A DNA stretch of 64,000 bases from Porphyridium purpureum. Lineage: Eukaryota. The notes beneath the pieces are model-generated. The model did not search any database. It was not told where the DNA came from and saw only the letters and a program-made list of their open reading frames with translations. The position numbers and the translations under genes are program-made. The stretch spans positions 744,001 through 808,000 of the forward strand of contig VRMN01000006.1 of NCBI GenBank assembly GCA_008690995.1, read 5' to 3'. Shown here piece after piece: positions 32,117 through 42,988 of the stretch; within the stretch, counting starts at the first letter, position 1, and the number at the start of each line of letters is the position of its first letter.

Positions 32117-32884
32117 TCATTCTGGCGCCCATTTTCTGGCTTGCCTGAGGATTCCAGGCATGTCCAGGAGCTGCTCAAGCATGCCCTGTGACAGCCGCTT
32201 CATGAACGCGCTATTACTGCCGTTGCGCGCTGGCACACGACGAGCCTCCTTCCCCGACTGGATCACAATGTATGACGGCAGCTCCGACGAACCGCCGGAT
32301 GCGTCGACACTGAGCGAGCTCGCGGCTGCTGGCCACTGCGCCACATCAACCTTGCCAAAGTACAGACGCGAGTGCGTGTAATTTTCCGCCATGCCACCGA
32401 ACAGCGGCGCGAGCTGTGTACACAATGGTGACCAGGCAGCGTAAACCTGTATGATCCAAATGGAATTGTCCTTCCTGCGTAAGATGTCGTCAACAGAGGA
32501 CGAAGTGAGGGTAAGCACGTTGGCCGGATCCTTCTTCCTCGGTTGCGGAACAAACAGTGCGATTGTGAAGAAGACGCCTGCAAAATATATCATGTAGCGC
32601 ACATCGATAAAATACAGCACAAGCAAGCACGTGGCCTGACAAAAAAGGATGCAAGTCCCTAGCCACGCGTCCAACGTGGGCGCGTTGACAAACTTGGCGC
32701 TGCACAGCATAAACAACGTCAAATACACTTGCTCCTCCGCGATCGGCGTGCCGCGGATCGACAAGAACCCCGTGGGCGGCACGCGCTGCCGCAGCAGCCC
32801 AAACGCAGCAAAAAGCAAGCCGTTCAACACATAGTACAACGACACAAACCGTGATCCCGACGCCTTCCGCAGAAACTCTCGCAT
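32117..32884 (-). CDS. TMX2: Thioredoxin-related transmembrane protein 2 (TMX2)
   Basis: N-terminal TM helices, WSPLC (SxxC), FGKVDV, ELPS...GKEARRVP. Confidence 0.85.
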   Translation of the reverse strand: MREFLRKASGSRFVSLYYVLNGLLFAAFGLLRQRVPPTGFLSIRGTPIAEEQVYLTLFMLCSAKFVNAPTLDAWLGTCILFCQATCLLVLYFIDVRYMIYFAGVFFTIALFVPQPRKKDPANVLTLTSSSVDDILRRKDNSIWIIQVYAAWSPLCTQLAPLFGGMAENYTHSRLYFGKVDVAQWPAAASSLSVDASGGSSELPSYIVIQSGKEARRVPARNGSNSAFMKRLSQGMLEQLLDMPGILRQARKWAPE

Positions 32885-33460
32885 CGTGTCCTCCCGCAAT
32901 CCCCGCTACAAGTGCGCGTCCTCCCCCCGCTGCCTCGGGCTCCGTCGCAGTCTCCTTGGGCCCTTCGACGACGCCAAGGTTGTTCCGCGCCACACAAGTG
33001 CGGCTTCCTCCAAATTCTTTATTCTATAATTTTCTCGCGAAATTCTCCAACAAAATGGCGACCTTTCTCTTGAGAGGCTGGTGCTGCATTTGCTGAACGT
33101 CGACCTTTTATACTCTGCGTGCGCGCCCTATCCGCACATGAGAAATCTGAGAAACTCATGATGATCCTCTAGGAACGGATCAAAGCGGCAACCCATTTCG
33201 ACGTGTTCGCCGGGATAACTCGTTGCTGCAGACATCCAGAATCTCTTGCTCTCCTCGAACCCAGGCAGAACCTAGCTGAAAACCGTTCTTCCTCCCTATC
33301 CGCTTGCCTCACAAGTTAAGCCTTTGCTTAATTGCGCTCGAAAAACGCCTCGTGTTGTCAGTTCGGGAAGGCGATTCGAAGTGTGGAAAATCCAACAGGC
33401 CCGGACCCACAGGTGCAACCGCTCCACTATAAGCAACCGCCATTGCTCGGAGAAGCTTCC

Positions 33461-33833
33461 ATTATAATACCAATTTGTTTGGACGCTAAATGCTGAAGCC
33501 TCTGACTCTAAAGACGGGCAAATCCTGCTCCGCGCGACCGTCCGGTCGGGTCGCTCTCGTCCCGGATACCGGTCGCACCGACCTCTTGCTTATCAGCAGG
33601 TCGTACGCTCGCTCGCGCCCCTGCCGTGATATGGTCCTGAATGGCCCACTCACTCCCCTCCTCCGCTAGCCCGGCCGCACGGAGAACCTATACCCCAATC
33701 CTGCTGGCCCCATCGGCCCTCTCTTTTACTCTTACTAGATCGCCGCGACGGCGGTCTTAAATACCCTTCTCTACCCTACGCTAACCGTTAGACTGTTTAA
33801 GAACCTAAGAATAACCGCTGCCCGGTACGGACA
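33461..33833 (-). mobile_element. Degenerate LTR (about 33476-33833) with adjacent PBS-like motif
   Basis: TG...CA termini with imperfect inverted repeat (TGTTTGGAC / GTACGGACA), TGGTATTA two bases inside, and AAATACCCTT and AACCGTT motifs like those of the intact LTR. Confidence 0.5.
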
Positions 33834-34879
33834 AGGATTGTTATGGTACAGTGCGGGGCAGTGCTGTACAGTGCGTGGAGGGGTACGGCGGAGAGAGCGA
33901 GTCATGACACCCCCTCAAATGTGCATCAGCCGGCGAGTTCGCTGTTTCAACACGAAGCAACCGCAGCCACGTGCGACCAGGACAGATGAAGCACCACGGC
34001 TTCCGCAAGCTGTTTCTCGGTAGCATACTGATCATCTGCTTTCTAATCTGAACTTGCTTCCGCGTGCGGGCGCTTGAGCTTTCCTCTTCAGATGCACTAT
34101 GGCTCGTGTCGCCAACCGGATCCTTCCTTCCTTATCATGGTTCTTCCCTGGCTGGGCCCGATCGACGCGAGCGTGCCTTTTGGCACCCTAAGATCAGCTT
34201 TTGCTTCAGACTGAAACTTTCGCTCCGTCACGAACTCTGGATGTCCTTCGCACGTGCGCTGCTCACGATTCTCAGCAATAATTGAGGTGGCAATCATCAA
34301 ATATCCATATCATGAGTATTTGCTTTCTTTCCCAGCGATCAGAAAGACTCCTCATCATTCCCACCAACACGTCTTGCCTCAACCCGCCGCCACCGTGGTC
34401 GCCATGGATCATTTACGACGCCCGCCTCACTCCTCCGCTCTGTGGCCTGCGTCAACGTGTGCACAACGGACACGCTTGCTTCTCCCCCGATTAGGAGGCA
34501 CTCGCGGCGCATTGGCGACCGCTCTTTCCTTGATGGTTTCGTCCACACGACTTCCAAGCGACTGCACAGGAAAGTGATCGCTCGTCCATATCTGTTCCGA
34601 CCTGGCAGGCATTCCTCCGTCGATCCTCCTGTGCACCGGCGATCGCCAAAGCTTTCTCTCTCTCCCTGTCCTTCACCCGAGTGACCCGATGCGTCTAGCA
34701 AGCGAGTCGCTTCCCCTGTGTTATTGCTTCCTGAGGGATTTGCGAAGACTCAGAGGTCGGACTCCAATTAATGGAAGCTCCGGCCGATGCTGCAGCCGAT
34801 TCTGCCATGATCTTGAACGGGTCTGGGCAAGTATTGTCTGAGAGGGACCGAAAGCTCGGACGGCTAGATCGGAACAATC

Positions 34880-35130
34880 TTCTTCCTTTTGTATTTTCCT
34901 CACCTCTTATTCTAGCCTTTCTTCAAAACCGAGCAAGGGTACCAGGCGCTAGTCGCCAGGTCTTTGTTCCTTTTATAGTGCTACTCCGTCGACCTATATT
35001 AATTAAGTCCAGGTCGCCGGCGGCTCAGTCCTGCCAGAATTTAGCCGGTGGCTCAATCTTTCCTGACCTTTGTCAGCGGCTCATTCTCGTCCGAGTTTCG
35101 TCAGCGGCTCATTCTATTCGCCACTTTGGG
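34880..35130. mobile_element. Second LTR-like fragment
   Basis: Pyrimidine tract followed by CCGAGCAAG...GCTAGTC...CAGG...CCTTTTATA in the same order as the intact LTR, then four roughly 28-bp GGCTCA-containing repeats. Confidence 0.35.
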
Positions 35131-35224
35131 CAACATATTGCAGTTCCCGCCTTTTTAAGGCTATACGTACGCGAACGCTCCCAGCGTAATTTCAGAAGAG
35201 AATGGATGTTCATCACATCCGGTG

Positions 35225-35590
35225 AAAGCTTATGAGTGCGACTTGGAGTCCTCTGCTTCGCAATGTGGGTCTGCTGGACCGCTTTATCAGATGATGGGCA
35301 CGAACATGGACTTCCGGCAAGATAAGACACCAGTGCACAACAGTCGCCTGCTGAAGAAGTTCATGAATGAGGATGATGTGGAGCTTCTAGACTGGCCAGC
35401 GCACTCGCCAGACCATGATATCATCGACACCTTGTGAGACGTACTAGCGCTCAATGCTTACAAGGATACCAGGCAGTCTCAGACGGTAGTGGCGCGCCGA
35501 AACGTCATCGCGCCGGCTTGGGATGTTTCGGACGAGCCCGTATTAGCTACGTTGCACGCGCCGATGCCAAGGCACATGTTTGAGTGTGTG
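35225..35590 (+). mobile_element. Tc1/Tc3-like transposase C-terminal relic
   Basis: MDFRQDKTPVHNSRL...LLDWPAHSPDHDIIDTL*DVL matches QQDNAPxH...WPxxSPDLNPIENLW. Confidence 0.85.
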
Positions 35591-35995
35591 TGTGTCTTGG
35601 AGGCGCACTCGCGTAACGAACCCGCAACCGACGCCGACTCTGTCTCGCGTAGTTGCGACAAGACACGTGCCGCTGCGTGTCGCTCGCCGCTTCGGCGTTG
35701 CGCACATCCCCTCTTTATAGTAAAACGCTCCATTTTCATAGCAAAAATACAGAAAGAACACTTTGGCCTACCTCAATCTATCGGTTGTGGCCCAAGCTGC
35801 TTCTTCTAAGTAACCGCGAGAAGAAAATAAGGAAAAAAAAAACGAGGAGGAGAAAAAAGGGCGCGAGTTTTTCCGGAAGCGTGTGTCAAACGGGTGCGAC
35901 GAGTGGACGCTTGTGCGGGCCGAAGCGGTTTGGAGGTCGGGGGGAGAGAGACGGAGGCGGGGGAGAGAACGGGAAGAGGAGGAGGCAGAGACGGT

Positions 35996-38089
35996 ATGGA
36001 GGATGGAGAGGCGCTGCGCGTGCTGAAGGAGCTGATTGGGAATGTGCTGGACGACCTGAAGTGCGGGATCTGCATGGAGGTCATGCAGCACCCGACGGCG
36101 CTTGTCGTGTGCACGCACATGTTCTGCCGGCACTGCATCCTCACGTGGTTCGAGCGCTCCCCGCGGTGCCCGTTGTGCAAGAAGAGCGCCACCAAGCGCG
36201 CGCTGCGCGCGCTGGATAAGCCGAATTTGCAGCTCATGGGCGAGACGCTGCTCCACGCGCTGGACGACGTGCGCGCCGTGTGTCCCGATGCGCCCGCGCT
36301 CGCCTCGCCGGCGCAAATTTATCGCCAGCAGCAGCAGCGGCTCACAGAGCTCGCAAAGCAGCAGCGGCTCGTTGTGCAGGCGAGTCCGACGCCGACCGCA
36401 ACCGCACATGAACAGCAACAGCTCGAGCAACGGAGGCGCTCTCATCCGAATCGGCGCGCACTCGCGGTCATCGACGCCAACGCGCCGCCAAGTGGGCACG
36501 CGCCTGCCTCTGCAGACGGCGCGACGACGCGAAAGCGAAAGACGCCGTGCGAAATGAGCGCACAGGTGAATGCGACAGCGGGGATCCCGTCTCAAAACAG
36601 GGGCGGCGTGGCGACGCCTGTCGCGCGAGCGGACGTGGAGGATGGCCCAGAGCTGATGTGCGCGTTCTGTCACGGCTCCAGCAAAGACGAGCATGGCTTT
36701 TACAACTGCAGTGAGGAAGGATGGCTCAAAGTGGGGACCTCCGGGCGTAGCAAGACCTTTGTGCACACTCAGTGTGCAATTTGGAGCCCAGAGGTGTACG
36801 AGTCTGCCTCGGACCGGTTCGTGGGCGTGTCGAAGAGCCTGAAGCGCGCGCGCCCAATTCTATGCAATATTTGTCACCGCGGTGGAGCCTCGCTGGGGTG
36901 CTACGCGAGCCAGTGCAACAAATCATTTCATCTCCGGTGCGCACGGGCGACATCGAATGGTAGGAAGCGGCCGTCGCTCTTTGCCAACAATTTCAGCTGC
37001 TTTTGCGCAGAGCACACGCCTAGCGAAATCCCACCGGACTGGGTTGAGGACGAAGAGGAGCTTGGCGAGCAGGACGATGTCATCGACTTGCACGATTCGT
37101 GTTGCTACATGTGCAACGAGGGCGGGCGCCTTTTGTGCTGCAACGGCTGCTCGCACGTCGTTCATCTTGGCTGCGTTCAGCCGCCGCTGCCTGCAACGCC
37201 GCGTGGAGACTGGTACTGCTCTGACTGCATGCAGCTGGACTCGCAGCTGCGTAGTGACGAAAAAGATCAAGACACCAGAATCCGAGAATCCGATGTGGTT
37301 GTCGAACCATACGCCAAAAAGTGTGCAATTCTGACCACCGCGCTCGAAACCTGGCAGCACGACATGCTGCAAAACTGCCTCAAGCGGCGGCGCGGAAGAA
37401 GCACGCTACAACAGCGCTCATACACGGCTTTCAACAAGTTTGATCCCACCAAAGTGACGCATCTGTTGCATGGGAAAGCGAGCGAGGAGGAGGAGGAGGG
37501 AGAAGAACAGCAAGGAGCAACCGCCGCTGCAAAGGCCGGCGCCGCCAGTGCGCCATTCCGCAGCTTCAAACTGATGCAGGCACTCGCTGCAAGAATACCT
37601 GTCATCTCATTTCAATGGGTACTGCACAGCTTTGAAAAGGGTGCCATGCTCGACCCAGAGCCGTACGAAATCAAACTGAGCACGCGCGTGCGTCGCAAGT
37701 ACCCACACGGCGTGTTTACTGGCGTCCGTGTGGACGCGTCTGCATACAGCCAGCCCAAGCCGGCCAAGGAGAACCTTTGTGAGCTCATTCGGCTGGCCGG
37801 AGGCACGCTGCACAATTACTCGCGTCGCGCGCCGGGTGCTGCTGATGCCGCCGCGTCATCTGCGGACGACTGTGGCGCAGTTACGGAGCTCGTGAACAAT
37901 GCAGACATCGTTGCGCGCGGGCTGCGAGGGAAAGAGGCGCTCGGTGCAGCCGTAAGCGCCGCGTGGGTCCTCGACCGCATTGTCTTTGGATTCATGGCTC
38001 CGGATATACATCCATCTGCTGTGTCTGGCACCAAAGCGCGTCCTGCACCGAGTCCAGCCAGTTCCCATGTCGATTCCAGTGTTTTGTAA
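35996..38089 (+). CDS. BRCA1/BARD1-like protein (RING, extended PHD, PHD, tandem BRCT)
   Basis: C3HC4 RING CGIC...CTHMFCRHC...CPLC; ePHD VHTQCAIWSPEV...CNIC...GASLGC...SFHLRC; PHD CYMC...LLCCNGC...HLGC...WYCSDC; BRCT-type VTHLL, SFQWV and SAAWVLD. Confidence 0.85.
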   Translation: MEDGEALRVLKELIGNVLDDLKCGICMEVMQHPTALVVCTHMFCRHCILTWFERSPRCPLCKKSATKRALRALDKPNLQLMGETLLHALDDVRAVCPDAPALASPAQIYRQQQQRLTELAKQQRLVVQASPTPTATAHEQQQLEQRRRSHPNRRALAVIDANAPPSGHAPASADGATTRKRKTPCEMSAQVNATAGIPSQNRGGVATPVARADVEDGPELMCAFCHGSSKDEHGFYNCSEEGWLKVGTSGRSKTFVHTQCAIWSPEVYESASDRFVGVSKSLKRARPILCNICHRGGASLGCYASQCNKSFHLRCARATSNGRKRPSLFANNFSCFCAEHTPSEIPPDWVEDEEELGEQDDVIDLHDSCCYMCNEGGRLLCCNGCSHVVHLGCVQPPLPATPRGDWYCSDCMQLDSQLRSDEKDQDTRIRESDVVVEPYAKKCAILTTALETWQHDMLQNCLKRRRGRSTLQQRSYTAFNKFDPTKVTHLLHGKASEEEEEGEEQQGATAAAKAGAASAPFRSFKLMQALAARIPVISFQWVLHSFEKGAMLDPEPYEIKLSTRVRRKYPHGVFTGVRVDASAYSQPKPAKENLCELIRLAGGTLHNYSRRAPGAADAAASSADDCGAVTELVNNADIVARGLRGKEALGAAVSAAWVLDRIVFGFMAPDIHPSAVSGTKARPAPSPASSHVDSSVL

Positions 38090-38485
38090 TATATTGTACG
38101 ACCCACTGCGTCCTTTGTAGTCCTTTTTCCGGTTCACTTGGACGGCGTGCATTTGCGCATGTGCATGTGTCAAAGCAGATCCTGTGCCTGTGATTTGAGC
38201 ATGGGAGAGAATAAAACCTCCAAAACCCAGTCGATGTCGCTACGAAAATCAGGGTGTCGGCAATAGTTGTGACATCGATCCATCGCACAGGGTGTGCTCC
38301 AAGTGCCGTTCCTGTGGGATGGCTTCGCAGCTTTTCACACAAAGGACAGGTCTGGCCTTGACGACCATGGAGCAAAGAGAGAGAGAGAGGGAGCAAGGCC
38401 ATTGATTTTACACAGGCACATCGGGAAAAGAAAAGATACGTCAAGGACGAGTTGGCGAGTTGGCCAGAGTCTTCACGACACGTGA

Positions 38486-40351
38486 TCAACTTACATGGAC
38501 CGCCACCAGGCCTCTGATACTCGCAAATATATGCGATCCGAGCAGCCTTTTCTCCAATGTGATGGCAAGTGCGTGAATGTCTCGCATGAATCCAAAGTCG
38601 ACCATACGCTGTGCAAGTAGCAGCGCATGCCCTACTGTTGGTCGAACGGCGGACGTATAGCACGAAACCTGCACGCCTTCAACGATAAGGCTGCCGGAAT
38701 GCACGTGCGGATTGTAGAGCCCGTGCAGCACGGTATTCTTGATGCTTATAACGGCAGCCTCGTTCCCGTCCACCGTGCGCAGGTGGTCGCCTTGTTTCAC
38801 GTCGCTCGCGAGCGTCAGTGCACCGTTTACGACGATATAGTGGCCCGGAGAGACAAGCAGGCTTCGGTACTCCGAACCCGCAGCAAAGGAAATGTTCACA
38901 AACGTGGCGCGCTCATGTGCGCTTCGATGCCCCCATGCAAACAGCCGATTGTCTGGCGAATGATCTTGCGCGTTCCACACGCGGTCACCGACAGCCAGAT
39001 CCTCAACCAGCTGCTCCCGGCCATCGGCGAGCAAAATAGCACTTCCAGCAGCGAAGCATGCGCTCCTGCTGTCGCCATTGAGCACCGGATCCAAATCCGA
39101 GTCGACAAACTCAAGTGCGCCGCGCCCCACGCTGTACACGTGTGTCACTTGCTGCGTCTCGCCTGCGACGATGGTGTGTGTGACCGACAGAAAGTGGCCC
39201 TCGTCAGGCGAGAAGGTGCCGCCCACAAAAAAGGTGTTGACATCTGGTTCTTCCAGCTTCTCGCAAAAGCCCGTCACGCTTCGCAGCACCCGCATGTCGA
39301 GCACGTAGCACTCGCGTTCCCACATGTACACGAGAAAGGAGCCATTGAAGATGTCCATGGCGAGGAACGGGTAATCCGCGTAAATGAGGCGGCGCCGAAT
39401 CCGGGTCTGATGGATGAGCTGCAATGACGCGGCGGCCTGCTCTCCCTCGCCGCGCACGTACTTCCAAATGGCGACGAGCTCGTGCACGCCCGTTGACCCA
39501 GTCATGTGAAGAACCACGTGCGACGCCGACGCCATCACGAGCGTCGGCAGGAAGAACGCGCCGGCGTCATTGGACGGTGTCGCGTCTGGCCAGACCTCCT
39601 CAATCTCGAACGCCGGGCTGCGCAACACTCGCCACGCCTGCGCGCCAATATCAAACGGCACGATCCATATGTCGCCGCTTTCCCTCACGGTGGCGACGAG
39701 CGGCGCTCGCGTGTCTTCTGCCGTCGAGCCCAGCGGCTCATCCTTCACAATCGTGTAGTTCCCGCCACCCTCGCCATCAAACTCCACCGCGTACACACGC
39801 AGCAGCGCGCGCTGGTCGCCCACAAACGATTTGTACGAGAAAATGGAAAACACCTTATTCGAGTGGGGATCCTCAACGACCGACGCCCAAAGAACAAAGG
39901 ACAAAACCTGGCCCAAGTCGACGTAGACCTGCTGCGCGCGCCAGTCCGCGTCAATTTTGAGCAGCGCCAGAGTGTACACCCCACGGTTGAAGTAGAACGC
40001 CCAGAACACGTCGCCAAACTGGCGGTAGTTCACGTCGCGCGCCGCGCCCATCGGCTGGTCCAGCTCCAGCTTGCGGAAGTCCCGGTCGCCATTCACGTCC
40101 AGGAAAAAGGCGTCGTCGTCCAGAAGCAGAAACAGCTTCCTGCCGGCCACCCACACTGGAATTTTCGGGACTGGCGTCTCGAAATTCCACACCGTGACTC
40201 GCTTATCTACCTCGGGCGCGTCGGGGTCAGATGCTCGCAACGCAAGCGCGTGGTTCGCATGAGAGCCCGCGTCGAGTTGTACCAGACACCACCATACTGC
40301 CACGCAGAAAATAAACGCGCCCTTCTTACCACCCAGACCGTGCGGCTTCAT
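38486..40351 (-). CDS. Secreted protein with C-terminal Hint (Hedgehog/intein-like) autoprocessing domain
   Basis: Signal peptide; SA/CFAAGS, DLAVGDRV, VSPGHY, GLYNPH, GSLIVEGVQVSCYT. Confidence 0.9.
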   Translation of the reverse strand: MKPHGLGGKKGAFIFCVAVWWCLVQLDAGSHANHALALRASDPDAPEVDKRVTVWNFETPVPKIPVWVAGRKLFLLLDDDAFFLDVNGDRDFRKLELDQPMGAARDVNYRQFGDVFWAFYFNRGVYTLALLKIDADWRAQQVYVDLGQVLSFVLWASVVEDPHSNKVFSIFSYKSFVGDQRALLRVYAVEFDGEGGGNYTIVKDEPLGSTAEDTRAPLVATVRESGDIWIVPFDIGAQAWRVLRSPAFEIEEVWPDATPSNDAGAFFLPTLVMASASHVVLHMTGSTGVHELVAIWKYVRGEGEQAAASLQLIHQTRIRRRLIYADYPFLAMDIFNGSFLVYMWERECYVLDMRVLRSVTGFCEKLEEPDVNTFFVGGTFSPDEGHFLSVTHTIVAGETQQVTHVYSVGRGALEFVDSDLDPVLNGDSRSACFAAGSAILLADGREQLVEDLAVGDRVWNAQDHSPDNRLFAWGHRSAHERATFVNISFAAGSEYRSLLVSPGHYIVVNGALTLASDVKQGDHLRTVDGNEAAVISIKNTVLHGLYNPHVHSGSLIVEGVQVSCYTSAVRPTVGHALLLAQRMVDFGFMRDIHALAITLEKRLLGSHIFASIRGLVAVHVS

Positions 40352-41068
40352 TTGCCAGTGGAGAGCGAGGCACTGCTACCTGCGAGACAGCTAATGTGGT
40401 CGATAAAGCTCCAGCGCCTTGCTCTTTATTCTTCACCATGTTGCTCTTCTCCGTAACCGCCCGCACGCTCGTCTACCTTGTACTCGACCGTGGGGTCTCG
40501 AAGCAACGCGACATCTTGCGTGCCGCTGCGCGCGTGCGCCGCCCATGTCTCCAGCAGGCCACCATCCCGCCAATTCGAGACCTTCTACGCGAGGGGTCGC
40601 GAACAAGATTTCACGTTTCCATAACAAGCCGTCAAAAGCAGCCTCAAAGAAAACCCACCAAAAAGCGCTTTGTCACCGGTTGAATTTTCGTTTTTCATTC
40701 CTTCCTTCCTTCTGCCCCCTTTTCCGCATGCGTCAACGCACGCACGATTTCAAAGCGGGTCGCCCCCGACGCTCTCTGCACACAACCCCGCGGTGTGAGT
40801 ACTCGAGCCCTCTCACTTCCTCGCCGTTCTCGCACCAGGCGCGCGCGCCGCCACTGTCTGCCGCGCGTCCGCGAACAAGCCGTCAGATGTGTCCACGTCA
40901 GAGTCGTCTTGGTCCAAGGTACGAGTGGGTGTGACTGACGTGAATTAAACGCTTTGCGTTGCGTGGTCGAACCTGGTCGGCTCGGCTCATGTGCAGTTTC
41001 TCACAGTTGCCGGTACTGGGCGCTGGCTGGAGCGGAGACTTTTGTGCGTGTGACCCGGAAGAGCAACC

Positions 41069-41563
41069 ATGTTGGCTCGGAATGACCTTGGTGCCGCCGG
41101 ACTTGATCGGGCCGAGCGTAGCACGTCTTTGAGTCTCGTGGACGCGGCGGAGCAATGTATCCCTGTCGACGAAGATGAGGATGTTGCGACCCAGGCCCAC
41201 TTTAGTCAAGGAACCGACGACGATTTCATTGCGGCAGTCAAAGGGTTGTTCCAGCTGAGGCGAAAAGTGGCCGCTGAACGACTGGGAATTTGTGAAACGA
41301 TGCTCAAGAGAAAGTGCCGCCGAAACGGAATCGCACGGTGGCCGTACCGAAAATTCAAGTTTTTCCGGGACCGAATTCACGTTGTGCGAGCTTCTGGTAT
41401 GCCTGTTGAAGATAAACAAGTGCTTGTGGACCAACTTGAGTTCATGATGGACATTCTGCGCCAGAATCCAAATTTGGAAGTTGAAGAGCTCAGTAGCCGC
41501 TTTCCACATGTCACTGAAGCGCATCGAACACTTCAACCAGGTAGCAGCAGCACACAATCTTAA
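41069..41563 (+). CDS. RWP-RK transcription factor
   Basis: LFQL...AAERLGICETMLKRKCRRNGIARWPYRK. Confidence 0.9.
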   Translation: MLARNDLGAAGLDRAERSTSLSLVDAAEQCIPVDEDEDVATQAHFSQGTDDDFIAAVKGLFQLRRKVAAERLGICETMLKRKCRRNGIARWPYRKFKFFRDRIHVVRASGMPVEDKQVLVDQLEFMMDILRQNPNLEVEELSSRFPHVTEAHRTLQPGSSSTQS

Positions 41564-41848
41564 CATGTGGAAGTAAAACAAGTTTACTAAATTTTTAAAA
41601 CTTCAAGCAGCAAATCGCGCTCCTCAGCAACCTCTGCTTGAGACGCTTGACGAAGTCAAGACGATCCCCACACAGAGGCCGCTTCGGGCAACGGAAAAAA
41701 ATTCGGAAACCCCAAAACCACTCCACCATCTCAAGAAAGCCTCAACAAGCCGGACTTAGTATCGCCTTTAGACCCCTTCCAACATCCCCCGACCCCATTT
41801 CACGCATGCATCAGTCAAGGCCCAGTCTGGTGCAAGCTTGGAATTAGC

Positions 41849-42988
41849 TTACTCGCAGTGCCTCTCGTACGGCGTGTAGAACGATAGCATGTTGCCGAAG
41901 AAGCCCAGGTTGTCGTACCAGTACTGGTTCTGCGCGTACGACCCAAAGATCAGGTTGTCCAGCAGGTAGTACACCTGGTAGCCCGTGAAGCACGCGTTGC
42001 GCGTCTGGAACGGCTCAATGTGACTCATCGGGCTCGAGTAGCAGAACGAGTCTGCGTAAGAATCGAAGATCACGCCGTACTCGTCAATGTACGTGCACAT
42101 GCGCTTGAACAATATCTCAATATCGCAGCCGGTACTGTGGCAGCCAAGGTCGCTGAATGCCTGTCGGAACCATGGGCACGAGATGCCCGGAATTGTGCGC
42201 AGGATCATACCGTTGTTCATGATAACCTTGCAGTCGCGGTTCGAGTACAGCGGCGTCGGCTTGCAGTAAATGGGGGGCTCGGCCCAGAGCGAGTCGCCAT
42301 TCTCATGATAGTGCGGGTAGCGCGTGTCGTACTGACTGGCGCGCTCCACCACCAAAGTCGGGAATGACCAGAACATCGACTGGCATTTGCTGACATCATT
42401 GGCACGTGTCGTCTGACCCCAGTCATGGTAAATCGGGTTGTACCCTGGCTTAAGGGGCAAGCCGCCAGTGCCCCGCATCGTAACGTCTTCCTCAGACATC
42501 ACTGTATCCTTCTGCTCCTTCATGTGCTGCACGAAACGCATCGCGGGCGTCTGCGCGCCCGTGGCGATACGGCGCATTTCGCGACCCTCCATGTTGTGCT
42601 GGTTAAAGTACGACTGCATGCGCTCGGTCGAAATGCACACGTGCGTTTCGTTCATAGGCGTCCTCTTCCAGAACTTCATGACAGTATGCGCCACCAGATC
42701 CTTCAAGTCATCTTCCGGTGCGCTGGCAAAAGAGCCTTCAACTTCAAGCTCCAGGAACTGCGCAAAGTGCTCGCGCGTGAACAAGTTGTGCTCGCATTCT
42801 CCCTTGAGCTGCTGGCCTTCGCCAAGCTCTTTGAGCGACACGAAGCGCTCTGTCGGGTAGTCCCAGATCGAGCCCGCTGCCGCGAGCACAGCTGCAGTTG
42901 CAGAGTCTGCTTCCGCGGTAGCGCTGCATACGCAGAAGACGGCCAGCAGCACGGCAATGCCGCATGCCACGAGCCTCATCAACTTCAT
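41849..42988 (-). CDS. Secreted Cys/aromatic-rich protein of unknown function
   Basis: Signal peptide MKLMRLVACGIAVLLAVFCVCSATAEA; 379 aa; high GC3 codon use; paralogous pseudogene near 53 kb. Confidence 0.8.
   Translation of the reverse strand: MKLMRLVACGIAVLLAVFCVCSATAEADSATAAVLAAAGSIWDYPTERFVSLKELGEGQQLKGECEHNLFTREHFAQFLELEVEGSFASAPEDDLKDLVAHTVMKFWKRTPMNETHVCISTERMQSYFNQHNMEGREMRRIATGAQTPAMRFVQHMKEQKDTVMSEEDVTMRGTGGLPLKPGYNPIYHDWGQTTRANDVSKCQSMFWSFPTLVVERASQYDTRYPHYHENGDSLWAEPPIYCKPTPLYSNRDCKVIMNNGMILRTIPGISCPWFRQAFSDLGCHSTGCDIEILFKRMCTYIDEYGVIFDSYADSFCYSSPMSHIEPFQTRNACFTGYQVYYLLDNLIFGSYAQNQYWYDNLGFFGNMLSFYTPYERHCE

Noticed and set aside
38486..39058. Intein interpretation of the Hint domain
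   Set aside because: No terminal His-Asn or conserved host extein; Hedgehog-type SCY ending
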